Positions 36,923 to 45,064 of a stretch of 54,146 nucleotides of DNA are shown piece by piece; the first letter of the stretch is position 1, and each line of letters starts with the position of its first letter. A program made the translations under genes and the position numbers. Source of the DNA: a virus (Duplodnaviria; Caudoviricetes); IMG/VR virus record IMGVR_UViG_3300032309_001150, positions 1 to 54,146 of that record; one strand, written 5' to 3'. The notes beneath the pieces were generated by a model. It did not search any database, had not been told where the DNA came from, and was given only the letters and a program-made list of their open reading frames with translations.

Positions 36923-37312
36923 TCAAACTTTTTTTGACCCTCGTTTGAAATCTTGCATGTACTGGACGAATTCGGCCAGTGTGCCCTTTTCCTCGCGCAC
37001 CCAGTATTCGGCCTCGTGCACGATGTAGTCGCACCCGTGGTCAAAGCCCGCGTGGTAGCTGGTGTCGGTTAACTCGGCCAAGGCCGACTTGGTTGGCTCG
37101 TCAGCTTCGCAGTGCTGGTGCACGCCGATGAACTTCTCAAACAGGCCGTCCAAGCTTTCGAAGGTGGTGGGCATCTTCAGTTGTTGCTTGGTCTGGCAGT
37201 GTTTGCACACCATACTGTTGCCCTCCAGCACCAAATGCTCGGTGTACTTTTGATCGGCCATCAAGGCTTGAATGTCTTGGTTGACGCGGCGGTTGAATTC
37301 GCTTTTCTCCAT
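36923..37312 (-). CDS. hypothetical protein with putative Zn ribbon
   Basis: CKHC...HQHC. Confidence 0.65.
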   Translation of the reverse strand: MEKSEFNRRVNQDIQALMADQKYTEHLVLEGNSMVCKHCQTKQQLKMPTTFESLDGLFEKFIGVHQHCEADEPTKSALAELTDTSYHAGFDHGCDYIVHEAEYWVREEKGTLAEFVQYMQDFKRGSKKV

Positions 37313-37315
37313 GAT

Positions 37316-37618
37316 TTACTCCAGTGGGCTAGAAGATGCCACGATGGTCGTGGACAGGATGGTCTTGTACGCATTAAGCGCTTCTTTGGTCAGGCTGGTG
37401 TCCGCGTACAGCTTGTCGTAATCAAAAGCGCGGTCGGTGCGCGATGTGATTTTGACGGCGTACTTTGTGCCGACGTAGACTTTTTTGCCATCTGGCAACG
37501 TTGCCAAATCTTTGATTTGGTCTTTGATTTGCTTCGACTGTTCGGTCAAAGCTTTAATGCGGGCGTCGATGTCGCCCAGTGTGTCGACCAAGGTAATGAT
37601 AGACAGATCGTTGTTCAT
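37316..37618 (-). CDS. hypothetical coiled-coil protein
   Basis: start MNNDL after the AACAGCGAAGGA leader; LVDTLGDIDARIKAL helix. Confidence 0.7.
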   Translation of the reverse strand: MNNDLSIITLVDTLGDIDARIKALTEQSKQIKDQIKDLATLPDGKKVYVGTKYAVKITSRTDRAFDYDKLYADTSLTKEALNAYKTILSTTIVASSSPLE

Positions 37619-37625
37619 TTCGCTT

Positions 37626-37699
37626 TCCTTCGCTGTTGTTGATGAGTTTGTAGTGTAACCTACGATTACACAACGCCACAATAGCGGCGTTGGTTGACA
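37626..37699 (-). promoter_or_regulatory. divergent copy of the early cassette
   Basis: TGTCAACC-N16-CGTT and AACAGCGAAGGA are retained. Confidence 0.6.
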
Positions 37700-37705
37700 A
37701 GTATA

Positions 37706-38011
37706 TCAAGAAATTTTGTTGTTTTCTTCCAACTTTAACAAATGCAGGGTTTCGGCCAGCAGATCGGCCTCGTTGTAGCCCCAATGTTTGGGGAATCCCT
37801 TGGTTCCAAGGCCGTGCAGGCCCGTCTTGCCCCTGTGATGCTCTGGGCATAGTGGGATGACGTCCATGTGGCTTGCACGCCTTCCTGCCCCCGTTCCCGC
37901 CCTTGGGTGGTGCAATTCAGCGGGCGTGCCCGGGTAGCCCATCCTGCGGCACACCGCGCACCCCAGTTCGGCCACCGCCATCATGTGCTTCTTCTCCGCA
38001 ATTGTGGTCAT
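37706..38011 (-). CDS. Ref-like (RecA-dependent) HNH nuclease
   Basis: VAELGCAVC, AELHH, IPLCPEHHRG. Confidence 0.8.
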   Translation of the reverse strand: MTTIAEKKHMMAVAELGCAVCRRMGYPGTPAELHHPRAGTGAGRRASHMDVIPLCPEHHRGKTGLHGLGTKGFPKHWGYNEADLLAETLHLLKLEENNKIS

Positions 38012-38150
38012 GGCCTTTGGCCTCCGTTTTTTTCAACCAGACTTGGCCGCACCCGGTGCATCGGTATGCGGTTCGCTCGTCGATGATGGTGCGCTTGTCG
38101 TGGTGGCCGCCCACCGATCTGCCGTAGAACGTGCGCACCACCTCGATCAT
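37917..38150 (-). CDS. small Zn-finger-like protein
   Basis: YRCTGCGQVW...H.H. Confidence 0.5.
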   Translation of the reverse strand: MIEVVRTFYGRSVGGHHDKRTIIDERTAYRCTGCGQVWLKKTEAKGHDHNCGEEAHDGGGRTGVRGVPQDGLPGHAR

Positions 38151-38305
38151 TGCTTTTTAAGCAAATTGCTTCGAATGCTGTCAGCAAGCACCTGACGGAG
38201 CCATACCGAGCCACCAAGGCGCTTGAACTCGTCTTTGTAGGCCTTGGTGACCCGCACGGTGATCACAACAGCAGAACTGGTTAGTTCACTTTTGGGTCGC
38301 GGCAT
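38147..38305 (-). CDS. ribbon-helix-helix-like protein, 52 aa (not in ORF track)
   Basis: MPRPKSELTSSAVVITVRVTKAYKDEFKRLGGSVWLRQVL. Confidence 0.55.
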   Translation of the reverse strand: MPRPKSELTSSAVVITVRVTKAYKDEFKRLGGSVWLRQVLADSIRSNLLKKQ

Positions 38306-38501
38306 CTTGTTCCTTACGCTTATCCACCATCTCGTACAGCTTCTTTTCTAGCGCGTCAATCATCACATGGGCTGGGCCGATCTTGGCAATGGCCTCTTCC
38401 ATCTGGCGCTCCATCTCTTTGGCCAAAACATACAGGTGGCTCATGCGGTAGCCAATCAAACCCGTTACAACGCCCGCACAAAAATATAAAAAATCACTCA
38501 T
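38286..38501 (-). CDS. small membrane-anchored protein
   Basis: N-terminal hydrophobic helix, GAGG RBS. Confidence 0.6.
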   Translation of the reverse strand: MSDFLYFCAGVVTGLIGYRMSHLYVLAKEMERQMEEAIAKIGPAHVMIDALEKKLYEMVDKRKEQDAATQK

Positions 38502-38511
38502 GGTTTTTCCT

Positions 38512-38634
38512 CTATTTGTAAACCGCTATTATTTCTCCGCCAAATTGTTTTTGAATGTCTTTGGCGTGGTTTTCTGTCCAAAAAAATTTGGGTTCGTGTT
38601 GGTCCTTTATCCAAACAAATCCAAACGGCTTCAT
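38512..38634 (-). CDS. hypothetical protein, 40 aa (not in ORF track)
   Basis: MKPFGFVWIKDQHEPKFFW...; ATGA coupling. Confidence 0.5.
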   Translation of the reverse strand: MKPFGFVWIKDQHEPKFFWTENHAKDIQKQFGGEIIAVYK

Positions 38635-38777
38635 GGTTTTTCCTTGTGCTCTGCCTCAAGTTCACGCAAGTCCATTGCGACGTCCGCCACGCCATGCCAA
38701 TCGCATCGGGCAATCATCACATGCAGGTACTCAATCAAAATTTCGCGCTGTGTTTCGTAGTCGGTGTAATCAGTCAT
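38631..38777 (-). CDS. hypothetical protein, 48 aa (not in ORF track)
   Basis: MTDYTDYETQREILIEYL...DWHGVADVAMDLRELEA; GGAG RBS, ATGA coupling. Confidence 0.6.
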   Translation of the reverse strand: MTDYTDYETQREILIEYLHVMIARCDWHGVADVAMDLRELEAEHKEKP

Positions 38778-38992
38778 GTATTCTTCTCCTTCAGTTTGGC
38801 TTCAATGGCATCTGCAAACCTCACCCAAAACGGCTTGCTGTCAACAATCTGTTTGACTTGGTCATAAACAAAAGATTGCTCATCCGCGGTCAGCCCTACC
38901 CATGTGCGCTGTGGTGACCAGCCAAGTGAGGTTGCAATTCTGGTTGCCGCTGACTTGTCAATAACAGGCTCTTGGCTTTCCAACTCTGTCAT
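38774..38992 (-). CDS. hypothetical protein
   Basis: WVGLT...FADAIEAKLKEKN motif common in small phage genes. Confidence 0.65.
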   Translation of the reverse strand: MTELESQEPVIDKSAATRIATSLGWSPQRTWVGLTADEQSFVYDQVKQIVDSKPFWVRFADAIEAKLKEKNT

Positions 38993-39294
38993 GCTTCCCT
39001 CGCTTCCAACATTGCGTCTGCCATTGCATATGCGCGACTGGCGACTATTTCTCTTTCAATTTGGTTCCAGTAAAAGTACTCTTGATCTGTATTCAAATCG
39101 TGTTTGACCATGCGCATTGCAACCTCAATTGAAGCCGCCGCAAAGTAATCACGCAAGGTCATGCCTGTCATGTCCGTTCGATGTGGATTTGGAAAAGCTT
39201 TTTCAGCTTTTATTGCCGCTGTCACGGCTTCCTTCCTCTGCTTGGCTTGTCGCTCAATCTCGTTGAACGCTTCGTCTTCTGGGTCAAGAATCAT
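38989..39294 (-). CDS. hypothetical protein (GMTLRDYFAA family)
   Basis: AFP...GMTLRDYFAA...AYAMADAMLEAR. Confidence 0.7.
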   Translation of the reverse strand: MILDPEDEAFNEIERQAKQRKEAVTAAIKAEKAFPNPHRTDMTGMTLRDYFAAASIEVAMRMVKHDLNTDQEYFYWNQIEREIVASRAYAMADAMLEAREA

Positions 39295-39491
39295 GCTTGT
39301 TCTCCTCTGGCTCTGATTTCTTCTGCCACTTTGTCGGTTATTTCAAGATTCCAACTAAATGCAACTTGAGCACAGGCTTCACGTTCTTTGGCGGCTACAA
39401 GGTTGGCAAAGCGTACAAGCCCCTCTTGATTAAAATTTAATCCATTGATGGTGTTTTCTATTGCCATCTCAATGATTTCATCTTGAGTCAT
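39291..39491 (-). CDS. hypothetical protein (EREACA family)
   Basis: MTQDEIIEMA...RFANLVAAKEREACA...IRARG. Confidence 0.65.
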   Translation of the reverse strand: MTQDEIIEMAIENTINGLNFNQEGLVRFANLVAAKEREACAQVAFSWNLEITDKVAEEIRARGEQA

Positions 39492-39612
39492 CTCTATCTC
39501 CCTTCTGCATTCTTTCAATCACATACAAAAAGACTGCGACACATACGCCGCCAAGGCCAAAGCCAATGAACAACGTAGCGATCAGTGCAAATACATCCCA
39601 AGCCATGTTCAT
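39478..39612 (-). CDS. small TM protein
   Basis: MNMAWDVFALIATLFIGFGLGGVCVAVFLYV. Confidence 0.5.
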   Translation of the reverse strand: MNMAWDVFALIATLFIGFGLGGVCVAVFLYVIERMQKGDRDDSR

Positions 39613-39941
39613 ACAGTCACCCTCACTTCCTGTCGAGCATTGGCTTGCTCGGTGCGCCAGATCTCGACGCGCAACTCGGCGGCCTTCATGTCCCAACGTA
39701 ATTTTTCTTCAATCATCACCGCCTCTTTGAGGCCGTCGATAAACAACCTGTATTCCTCATGCGCGTATGCTTCGCGCTCTTGCGCGGCAATTACCTTCTC
39801 GCCGCTTTCTTTCATCAATCGAGCCTTCAGCGACTTGCTGTAATACTCAAGCGCGGTCCTGTCCGCTTTTGCTTGCGCGTAGTGCTTGCCGTATCTCAGT
39901 ATGTAATCAACGGCTTCGTGTGGATCTCGTTCTTCGCTCAT
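39609..39941 (-). CDS. hypothetical helical protein
   Basis: 110 aa, AQEREAYAHEEY...EIWRTEQAN; coupled to rusA. Confidence 0.7.
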   Translation of the reverse strand: MSEERDPHEAVDYILRYGKHYAQAKADRTALEYYSKSLKARLMKESGEKVIAAQEREAYAHEEYRLFIDGLKEAVMIEEKLRWDMKAAELRVEIWRTEQANARQEVRVTV

Positions 39942-40390
39942 GCTTTCGCTCCTATAAATTGTTGAACACTGTCAGCTTCCCAAATGCGGACCTTTAACAT
40001 CCCTCCTTTTTCTTGCGCCCAAAAAATTCTCAGATCGACAATCTGGCTGTCGTCCTTGTAAACACCCGCATGCGTCAACGCATCCAGCGTGGCCTTCAAT
40101 AAATTGTCCAGATCACGCACGCGGTTATCTGGCCGCCATGCTTCGATCTCCACCACAAGTTTGCCTGTGTGCGTTGCGGCCTTGCGCTGAATCATCATCT
40201 GCGCCAGCACGGCCTCACGGTATGCGCGGCCCTCTTGGCTGATCAACACGCGGCCTGCCACGCTTCGCCAGTAGCGGTTAACGCTTGGTGGCCAAGGCAA
40301 CACGATTTCATCTTTGCTTTGCACGCTCCGCCTCCATTCTTTTAACCAGATCAGCACTTGCTCCAATTCCTCGACGCTTATCAATGTCAC
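39938..40390 (-). CDS. rusA: RusA Holliday junction resolvase (true start may be near 40325)
   Basis: LPWPPSVNRYW, RDLDNLLKATLDAL, DDSQI. Confidence 0.9.
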   Translation of the reverse strand: MTLISVEELEQVLIWLKEWRRSVQSKDEIVLPWPPSVNRYWRSVAGRVLISQEGRAYREAVLAQMMIQRKAATHTGKLVVEIEAWRPDNRVRDLDNLLKATLDALTHAGVYKDDSQIVDLRIFWAQEKGGMLKVRIWEADSVQQFIGAKA

Positions 40391-40592
40391 GCTTTACTCC
40401 TTCCCACCATAATTGCGCGTTGTCTAACCCGACCTCGCCAATCTTCTGTTCCCTCCTCTTCATCCACTCCCTCGCTTCGCACTGGCGCATGTGTTCCACA
40501 GTCTCCGGTGATATAGAGACATTCGATGGTGCAAGCCTCGGAGTAGGAATGGCCTTCACGGATTTTGTCGAGGATTTTGGTGGCTTCTTCAT
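40308..40592 (-). CDS. hypothetical protein (start uncertain)
   Basis: HMRQCEAREW...WW...RRG; overlaps neighbours. Confidence 0.5.
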   Translation of the reverse strand: MKKPPKSSTKSVKAIPTPRLAPSNVSISPETVEHMRQCEAREWMKRREQKIGEVGLDNAQLWWEGVKRDIDKRRGIGASADLVKRMEAERAKQR

Positions 40593-40620
40593 AGGTCAAC
40601 TCAATAAGGGCCATGATCAT
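40387..40620 (-). CDS. hypothetical protein
   Basis: TYEEATKILDKIREG...LYITGD. Confidence 0.45.
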   Translation of the reverse strand: MIMALIELTYEEATKILDKIREGHSYSEACTIECLYITGDCGTHAPVRSEGVDEEEGTEDWRGRVRQRAIMVGRSKA

Positions 40621-40843
40621 CGACCTCGGTGAACGGTTTGACAGGCGGGTGGTTGAACACCACCTTGCCGGGTATTTTGGTCAGGCCGTAGTCGGGCTCC
40701 TTTCCCCACGCATGCTCGGAACACTTGCGCCAGCCCATGTTGACCGACCACCGCTTGCCGCACCCAGCCACTTGGCACATCAGGGACTTGCCCTCGTTGG
40801 CATCCATGTCGAACTTGTCCAATTTTGGTTTTTCGAATGTCAT
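40601..40843 (-). CDS. small Zn-finger-like protein
   Basis: CQVAGC...CSEH. Confidence 0.6.
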   Translation of the reverse strand: MTFEKPKLDKFDMDANEGKSLMCQVAGCGKRWSVNMGWRKCSEHAWGKEPDYGLTKIPGKVVFNHPPVKPFTEVDDHGPY

Positions 40844-41583
40844 TTGTTGTACTTCCCATCAATGATTTTTTGAAAATTGGTCGCGTTGACCACCCACTCC
40901 AGATCTGGAACCCACACCCGGCCCTTAGTTTCGAAGCCTTTTGCCAAGGTTGTGTCATCGGCAATGTAGGCAAAAAAGCTTTCCCACCACTTCAGACCGT
41001 CAGAAACGGTTCTATATCCATTTTTTGAAAAAGGTGAGGGTTTGGATGCCTGCACCCATCTTTGCCGCATATTGGCCTGTCTGGAGCCCTCCCAGACCCG
41101 TGGTTGTGGCAGGTGCGGGAGCTTGGCCAACCAAAGCTTCAAAATTTCTTGGTGCGGGCAGGTTGGAAACGCAGTTTCCGACAAAGAAGCTTTAGCTTCT
41201 TTAATTTGGTTATTGGTTATTGGTTCATGGTTATTGGTTGGTTGAACGTCCGTTGAACGGGCGTTGCTCCTGCGTTCAGCAGATGCTTTGCCAGCGCGGG
41301 ACGCTTGGTCAACTTTCGCCTTGTAATGCTGGATTTCGTTCAACACGCGATCGCACACCCAACCCTCGCCGTAGCGATTGAAAAACTCGGCCAGCACGTC
41401 GCTGACTACGGCGGCGTGGTCGCGCAAACGGATCAGCCTCGCAATTTCTGCGGCTTCAAGCGGCAATGGTTTTTCGTGGAGATAGCACCAATCGAGCATC
41501 CGGCGGTAGGCTAAATCTTCAATTGGATCGAGGTGCGCTGTGTGGGACTGGTAGTCGCCAATATTGAACTGGTAGTAGTGCAT
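40840..41583 (-). CDS. YdaU/DUF1376 family replication initiator-like protein
   Basis: MHYYQFNIGDYQSHTAHL..EDLAYRRMLDWCY.HEKPL; C-terminal DLEWVV...FQKIIDGKY. Confidence 0.85.
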   Translation of the reverse strand: MHYYQFNIGDYQSHTAHLDPIEDLAYRRMLDWCYLHEKPLPLEAAEIARLIRLRDHAAVVSDVLAEFFNRYGEGWVCDRVLNEIQHYKAKVDQASRAGKASAERRSNARSTDVQPTNNHEPITNNQIKEAKASLSETAFPTCPHQEILKLWLAKLPHLPQPRVWEGSRQANMRQRWVQASKPSPFSKNGYRTVSDGLKWWESFFAYIADDTTLAKGFETKGRVWVPDLEWVVNATNFQKIIDGKYNK

Positions 41584-41605
41584 CGGAACCTTACTTCATT
41601 GGTCA

Positions 41606-41674
41606 TCTTCACATGAGAAACCTCGGCAGGACGGTGAAGAATCGTCTTTTCGGGAGCTACCCTAGCCGTGTTTC
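41606..41674 (-). ncRNA. putative structured leader RNA upstream of the initiator gene
   Basis: nested stems GAAAC/GTTTC, CGGC.AGG/CCTGCCG, GACG/CGTC; loop TCTTCAC complementary to downstream GTGAAGA. Confidence 0.5.
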
Positions 41675-41676
41675 GA

Positions 41677-41685
41677 ACTATATCA
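41677..41685 (-). promoter_or_regulatory. extended -10 promoter element
   Basis: TGATATAGT just upstream of the structured leader. Confidence 0.5.
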
Positions 41686-41697
41686 TAACGTAATACG

Positions 41698-42027
41698 CTA
41701 CGACTTGGTTGACTTGGGCCTGCCGCCCTTTTGGCCAACTTGGCGGTTGATTGACACCTGATGCAGGCGCTTCATCAGGTCGCGGTCGATCACATCGCTG
41801 TGCCATGAGTTGTCCTCGCTGTTGAGCTTGAAGAACATCATCAGGGCCTTGGTGACCACCTTCCAATCCATGCCGATTGCGTCTGCAATATCAGCTTGGT
41901 CATTGAACAACGGCTTCTCGTTCAGGTAGTACAGATCAACCATCCTGCGAAGCGCCAGATCCTCAAGATCACTTATGCCGTCGGTCTTGTCGTAGTGTTT
42001 TTCGATGTCAAATTTGTACCACCTCAC
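41698..42027 (-). CDS. second, short YdaU/DUF1376 family protein
   Basis: MRWYKFDI...EDLALRRMVDLYYLNEKPL...GQKGGRPK. Confidence 0.8.
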   Translation of the reverse strand: MRWYKFDIEKHYDKTDGISDLEDLALRRMVDLYYLNEKPLFNDQADIADAIGMDWKVVTKALMMFFKLNSEDNSWHSDVIDRDLMKRLHQVSINRQVGQKGGRPKSTKS

Positions 42028-42233
42028 TTGACGCCTCCAAAAAGATCTGGCCGCAAATCGCGTCTTTTGATTTCACGCAATGTCAAACGCTCAATTTTAC
42101 AAGCCAACTCTGCCGAACACTGCACACGACCACTGATGACCAAAGAGAGCCAAGTGCGAGTGATACCTAGATTGCTTGCCATCATGGCTTTTGACCCTCT
42201 CGGTTTGTTTTTGAAATACTGTTCCCATGTCAT
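42024..42233 (-). CDS. Cro/YdaS-like HTH regulator
   Basis: KAMMASNLGITRTWLSLVISGR...IERLT...DLRPDLF; GGAG RBS before ATG 42233. Confidence 0.85.
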   Translation of the reverse strand: MTWEQYFKNKPRGSKAMMASNLGITRTWLSLVISGRVQCSAELACKIERLTLREIKRRDLRPDLFGGVK

Positions 42234-42269
42234 TATTTTTCTCCTATACTCCAAAATTATTGTAACTCA

Positions 42270-42297
42270 TGTCAACCGATTCGTTTAACGTCCCGTT
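42270..42297 (+). promoter_or_regulatory. early promoter motif at the divergence point
   Basis: TGTCAACCGATTCGTTT-N7-CGTT. Confidence 0.6.
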
Positions 42298-42339
42298 AAA
42301 CATGGCACAATAAGCGAATCATTTTTTTGGAAGCGAATC

Positions 42340-42498
42340 ATGCACAACGACAAAGACCGCGAAGACGCAGAGCGCCTGCAACGGGCGTTGCTTGAGACAG
42401 AAAACGATTCCCCTACATGGTTATCCGACATTGCGGCGGTTGTTTTAATTTTGCTGTTTGTCGCTATTGGCTTTGTGCTGGCGGAGTTCATCAAATGA
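42340..42498 (+). CDS. small TM protein, 52 aa (not in ORF track)
   Basis: MHNDKDRE...WLSDIAAVVLILLFVAIGFVLAEFIK. Confidence 0.55.
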   Translation: MHNDKDREDAERLQRALLETENDSPTWLSDIAAVVLILLFVAIGFVLAEFIK

Positions 42499-42686
42499 CC
42501 GACGACAAAGATTTAATCGAGCTTTGTGCCGACCGAATGCGCATGCTTGAGGAGGCCCTGCAACGGGCTGAGACAGGCGTCGCTACCCCCGAGGATTGGG
42601 TGTTTATTCGCATGGAATGCGGTATGCCCATGACTCATTTTTCAACTACAAAACTAGGAAAAAATCATGAGCTTGACAGCGTCTGA
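42495..42686 (+). CDS. hypothetical protein
   Basis: MTDDKDLIELCADRMRMLEEAL...; ATGA coupling. Confidence 0.6.
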   Translation: MTDDKDLIELCADRMRMLEEALQRAETGVATPEDWVFIRMECGMPMTHFSTTKLGKNHELDSV

Positions 42687-43320
42687 CAGCGGCGGTGGTG
42701 GAAGTTTCACCCCAGTTCCACCCGGTATGCACCTTGGGCGGTGCTACCGAATCATTGACCTTGGCACACAAGACACCGAATACAAGGGTGTCAAGGGCCA
42801 GCAACGTAAGGTGATGTTGCAATTTGAAGTGCACGGCGAAGACGACAGTGGTGCGCCATTGGCGACCTCCAAGGGTGAGCCAATGTCCATCAGCAAGAAC
42901 TACACCCTCAGTCTCAGCGAAAAGGCCACTCTACGGGGTGATTTGCAAGCTTGGCGAGGCCGCGCATTTACCCCGGATGAGTTGCGTGGGTTTGATCTTG
43001 AGAAGGTGCTTGGCGCTTGGGCCATGCTGGCAGTTGCCAAAAACATTGGACAGGACGGGAAAGAGTACACCAACATCATGAACATCAACCCTGTGCCCAA
43101 GGTGCTGAAGGACACACTGCCGATTGGGTACAACAAGTTGCACATGTTCTCCACCGCAAACCCTGACATGGAGTTGTTCGAGACTTTCAGCAACAGCCTC
43201 AAGGCCAAGATTGAAAAGTCCCCCGAGTGGCAAGACCGTGGAGCCTCAACTAAAGCCAAAGCCAAAGAACAAAAGGCTGTTTCGGGGTTTGACGACATGG
43301 ACGACGACATTCCGTTCTGA
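42667..43320 (+). CDS. single-stranded DNA-binding-like protein
   Basis: beta-rich core (RCYRIIDLGTQ) and acidic C-terminal tail DDMDDDIPF. Confidence 0.7.
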   Translation: MSLTASDSGGGGSFTPVPPGMHLGRCYRIIDLGTQDTEYKGVKGQQRKVMLQFEVHGEDDSGAPLATSKGEPMSISKNYTLSLSEKATLRGDLQAWRGRAFTPDELRGFDLEKVLGAWAMLAVAKNIGQDGKEYTNIMNINPVPKVLKDTLPIGYNKLHMFSTANPDMELFETFSNSLKAKIEKSPEWQDRGASTKAKAKEQKAVSGFDDMDDDIPF

Positions 43321-43322
43321 TT

Positions 43323-43679
43323 ATGAAACACCCTTACGACATCTTCACTTTGGATTTGTTTGGACGGTTTTTTGGCACAACCAAGAAAAAAATGGTGCGC
43401 CGAAAAGATCCAGACACCAGTCACAAAGCCGCCGAAAAGGTGGACTCTGCATCTCTGGAGCGCATGGTTTATGAGGTCATTGCGCAATTTCCAAATGGGT
43501 GCATATCTGATGACGTTGTGATGGCGTTGCCGGGCTACGGGGTGCAGACCCTTACGCCTCGGTTTTCGCCCTTACTCAAGAAGGGTTTCATTGTCGACAC
43601 TGGCGAACGCCGTACTGGCAAAGCAGGAAGACAACAGCGCGTAATGAAAGTAATTAAATCAGTAAAGGAACAGGCATGA
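43323..43679 (+). CDS. winged-helix DNA-binding-like protein
   Basis: RRKDPDTSH.AA, LTPRFSPLLKKGFIVDTGERR. Confidence 0.6.
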   Translation: MKHPYDIFTLDLFGRFFGTTKKKMVRRKDPDTSHKAAEKVDSASLERMVYEVIAQFPNGCISDDVVMALPGYGVQTLTPRFSPLLKKGFIVDTGERRTGKAGRQQRVMKVIKSVKEQA

Positions 43680-44032
43680 CAAACATTGAACAAAAAACAT
43701 TGGACAAGGCAGTTACTCTTTTGAACGCTTTGAAGATTCAATTTCACATCGTTGACCGTGACGGAAAGAAGCACGGAAACATGCAGGTTGCGCCCCCAAA
43801 AAAAACTCGAAAACCATCAATGTATAAGCATGGCGAACGAACCGAATACATTACCAAGCATTTGAAGGGTATGGAGGTTGGTGATGTTAAAGTTGTCCCC
43901 TTTGGCGACTACCCTCCAGAGATGTTGACGTCTAACGTGTCAAGTTGGTGTTGCAACAGGCTTGGCGCTGGCGGAGCGGAAGTTACGGCCAATAAAGAGG
44001 CAAAACGCATTGAAGTTTTGCGCACCAAGTAA
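43676..44032 (+). CDS. hypothetical protein
   Basis: 118 aa, coupled ORF. Confidence 0.65.
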   Translation: MTNIEQKTLDKAVTLLNALKIQFHIVDRDGKKHGNMQVAPPKKTRKPSMYKHGERTEYITKHLKGMEVGDVKVVPFGDYPPEMLTSNVSSWCCNRLGAGGAEVTANKEAKRIEVLRTK

Positions 44033-44039
44033 GGACCCC

Positions 44040-44816
44040 ATGACTATTGAAGCTAAAGAGCCACGCGCCAGCGAATCAAACCATTGGTACACCCGCGAGG
44101 GTGTGCCTATGTACACCGTGGAGTCCCTGAAGGGCGGCCAACGCAATACCACCTTGCGGGATGCCCGTAAGCTAAACCTTGTCCCCAGCGTCACCACGGT
44201 GCTAAATGTGGCCGCCAAGCCTGCATTGACGCAGTGGCTGTTGAATCAGGTGCTGTTGGCCGCGTTGACGCTTCCTCGGCGCGACTTGGAGCCAGAGGAT
44301 CAATACATTGCGCGGATTTTGGACGACAGCAAAGAGCAGGGTCGATCTGCCGCCGACGCTGGTACAGACATTCATGCGTCAATCCAAGGGTTTTATGAGG
44401 GCAAGACCCTGCTTGACGAGACGCACCGCGAACACGTTACTGGCTGTGATGTGCGTTTGCATGAGGCGTTTGGGCTTCAGTCTTGGGTGGCCGAAAAGGC
44501 TTTCTCCCACGAGCTTGGCTTTGGTGGCAAGTGTGACCTGCACTGTGTTGAAGGCGATGGCATCGTGGCCGACATCAAGACCAAGGAGTTTGACGACCCT
44601 AAAAAGGTAGAGGGCTACGACGAGCATTTGATGCAGTTGTCAGCCTACCGCGTTGGCCTTGGCATTCCAAATGCGCGGTGCGCAAACGTGTTTGTCAGCC
44701 GTAGTGTCAAGGGGCTGGTGGTGGTCAAAGAATGGAGCCAAGAGGATCTGGCGCGGGGCTGGGACATGTTCCAGCACCTGCTGGCCTTCTGGCAGTTAAA
44801 AAACAAACATAAGTAA
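44040..44816 (+). CDS. PD-(D/E)XK (Cas4/RecB-like) exonuclease
   Basis: VPSVTTVL, GTDIH, E...FGGKCDL...DIKT, QLSAY. Confidence 0.85.
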   Translation: MTIEAKEPRASESNHWYTREGVPMYTVESLKGGQRNTTLRDARKLNLVPSVTTVLNVAAKPALTQWLLNQVLLAALTLPRRDLEPEDQYIARILDDSKEQGRSAADAGTDIHASIQGFYEGKTLLDETHREHVTGCDVRLHEAFGLQSWVAEKAFSHELGFGGKCDLHCVEGDGIVADIKTKEFDDPKKVEGYDEHLMQLSAYRVGLGIPNARCANVFVSRSVKGLVVVKEWSQEDLARGWDMFQHLLAFWQLKNKHK

Positions 44817-44821
44817 TTAAA

Positions 44822-45061
44822 ATGTTAACAGAAAGCAAAATCCGAGAAATATTTTTTCATAGTGGCCACCCCCGACCGGGGGCTGTATTGGCGATGGACA
44901 TTGACTACGTTCAGTTTGCTGAAAATGTAGAGAAGGTGGTTGAGTACGAAAAGGCGGAGGCCGCCTATCGCGATGTCATCTCCGAAGCAAAGAGACTCAA
45001 TGAAAATATTGGGCGCGAGTTGGAGGAGTGGGCCAAAGAAAGATTGAAAAAATATTCTTAA
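44822..45061 (+). CDS. hypothetical protein
   Basis: 79-aa ORF following the exonuclease. Confidence 0.6.
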   Translation: MLTESKIREIFFHSGHPRPGAVLAMDIDYVQFAENVEKVVEYEKAEAAYRDVISEAKRLNENIGRELEEWAKERLKKYS

Positions 45062-45064
45062 CCC

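Noticed and set aside
44040-44816. Cas4 of a CRISPR system
   Set aside because: No cas genes or array; context (SSB-like gene nearby) fits a phage recombination exonuclease
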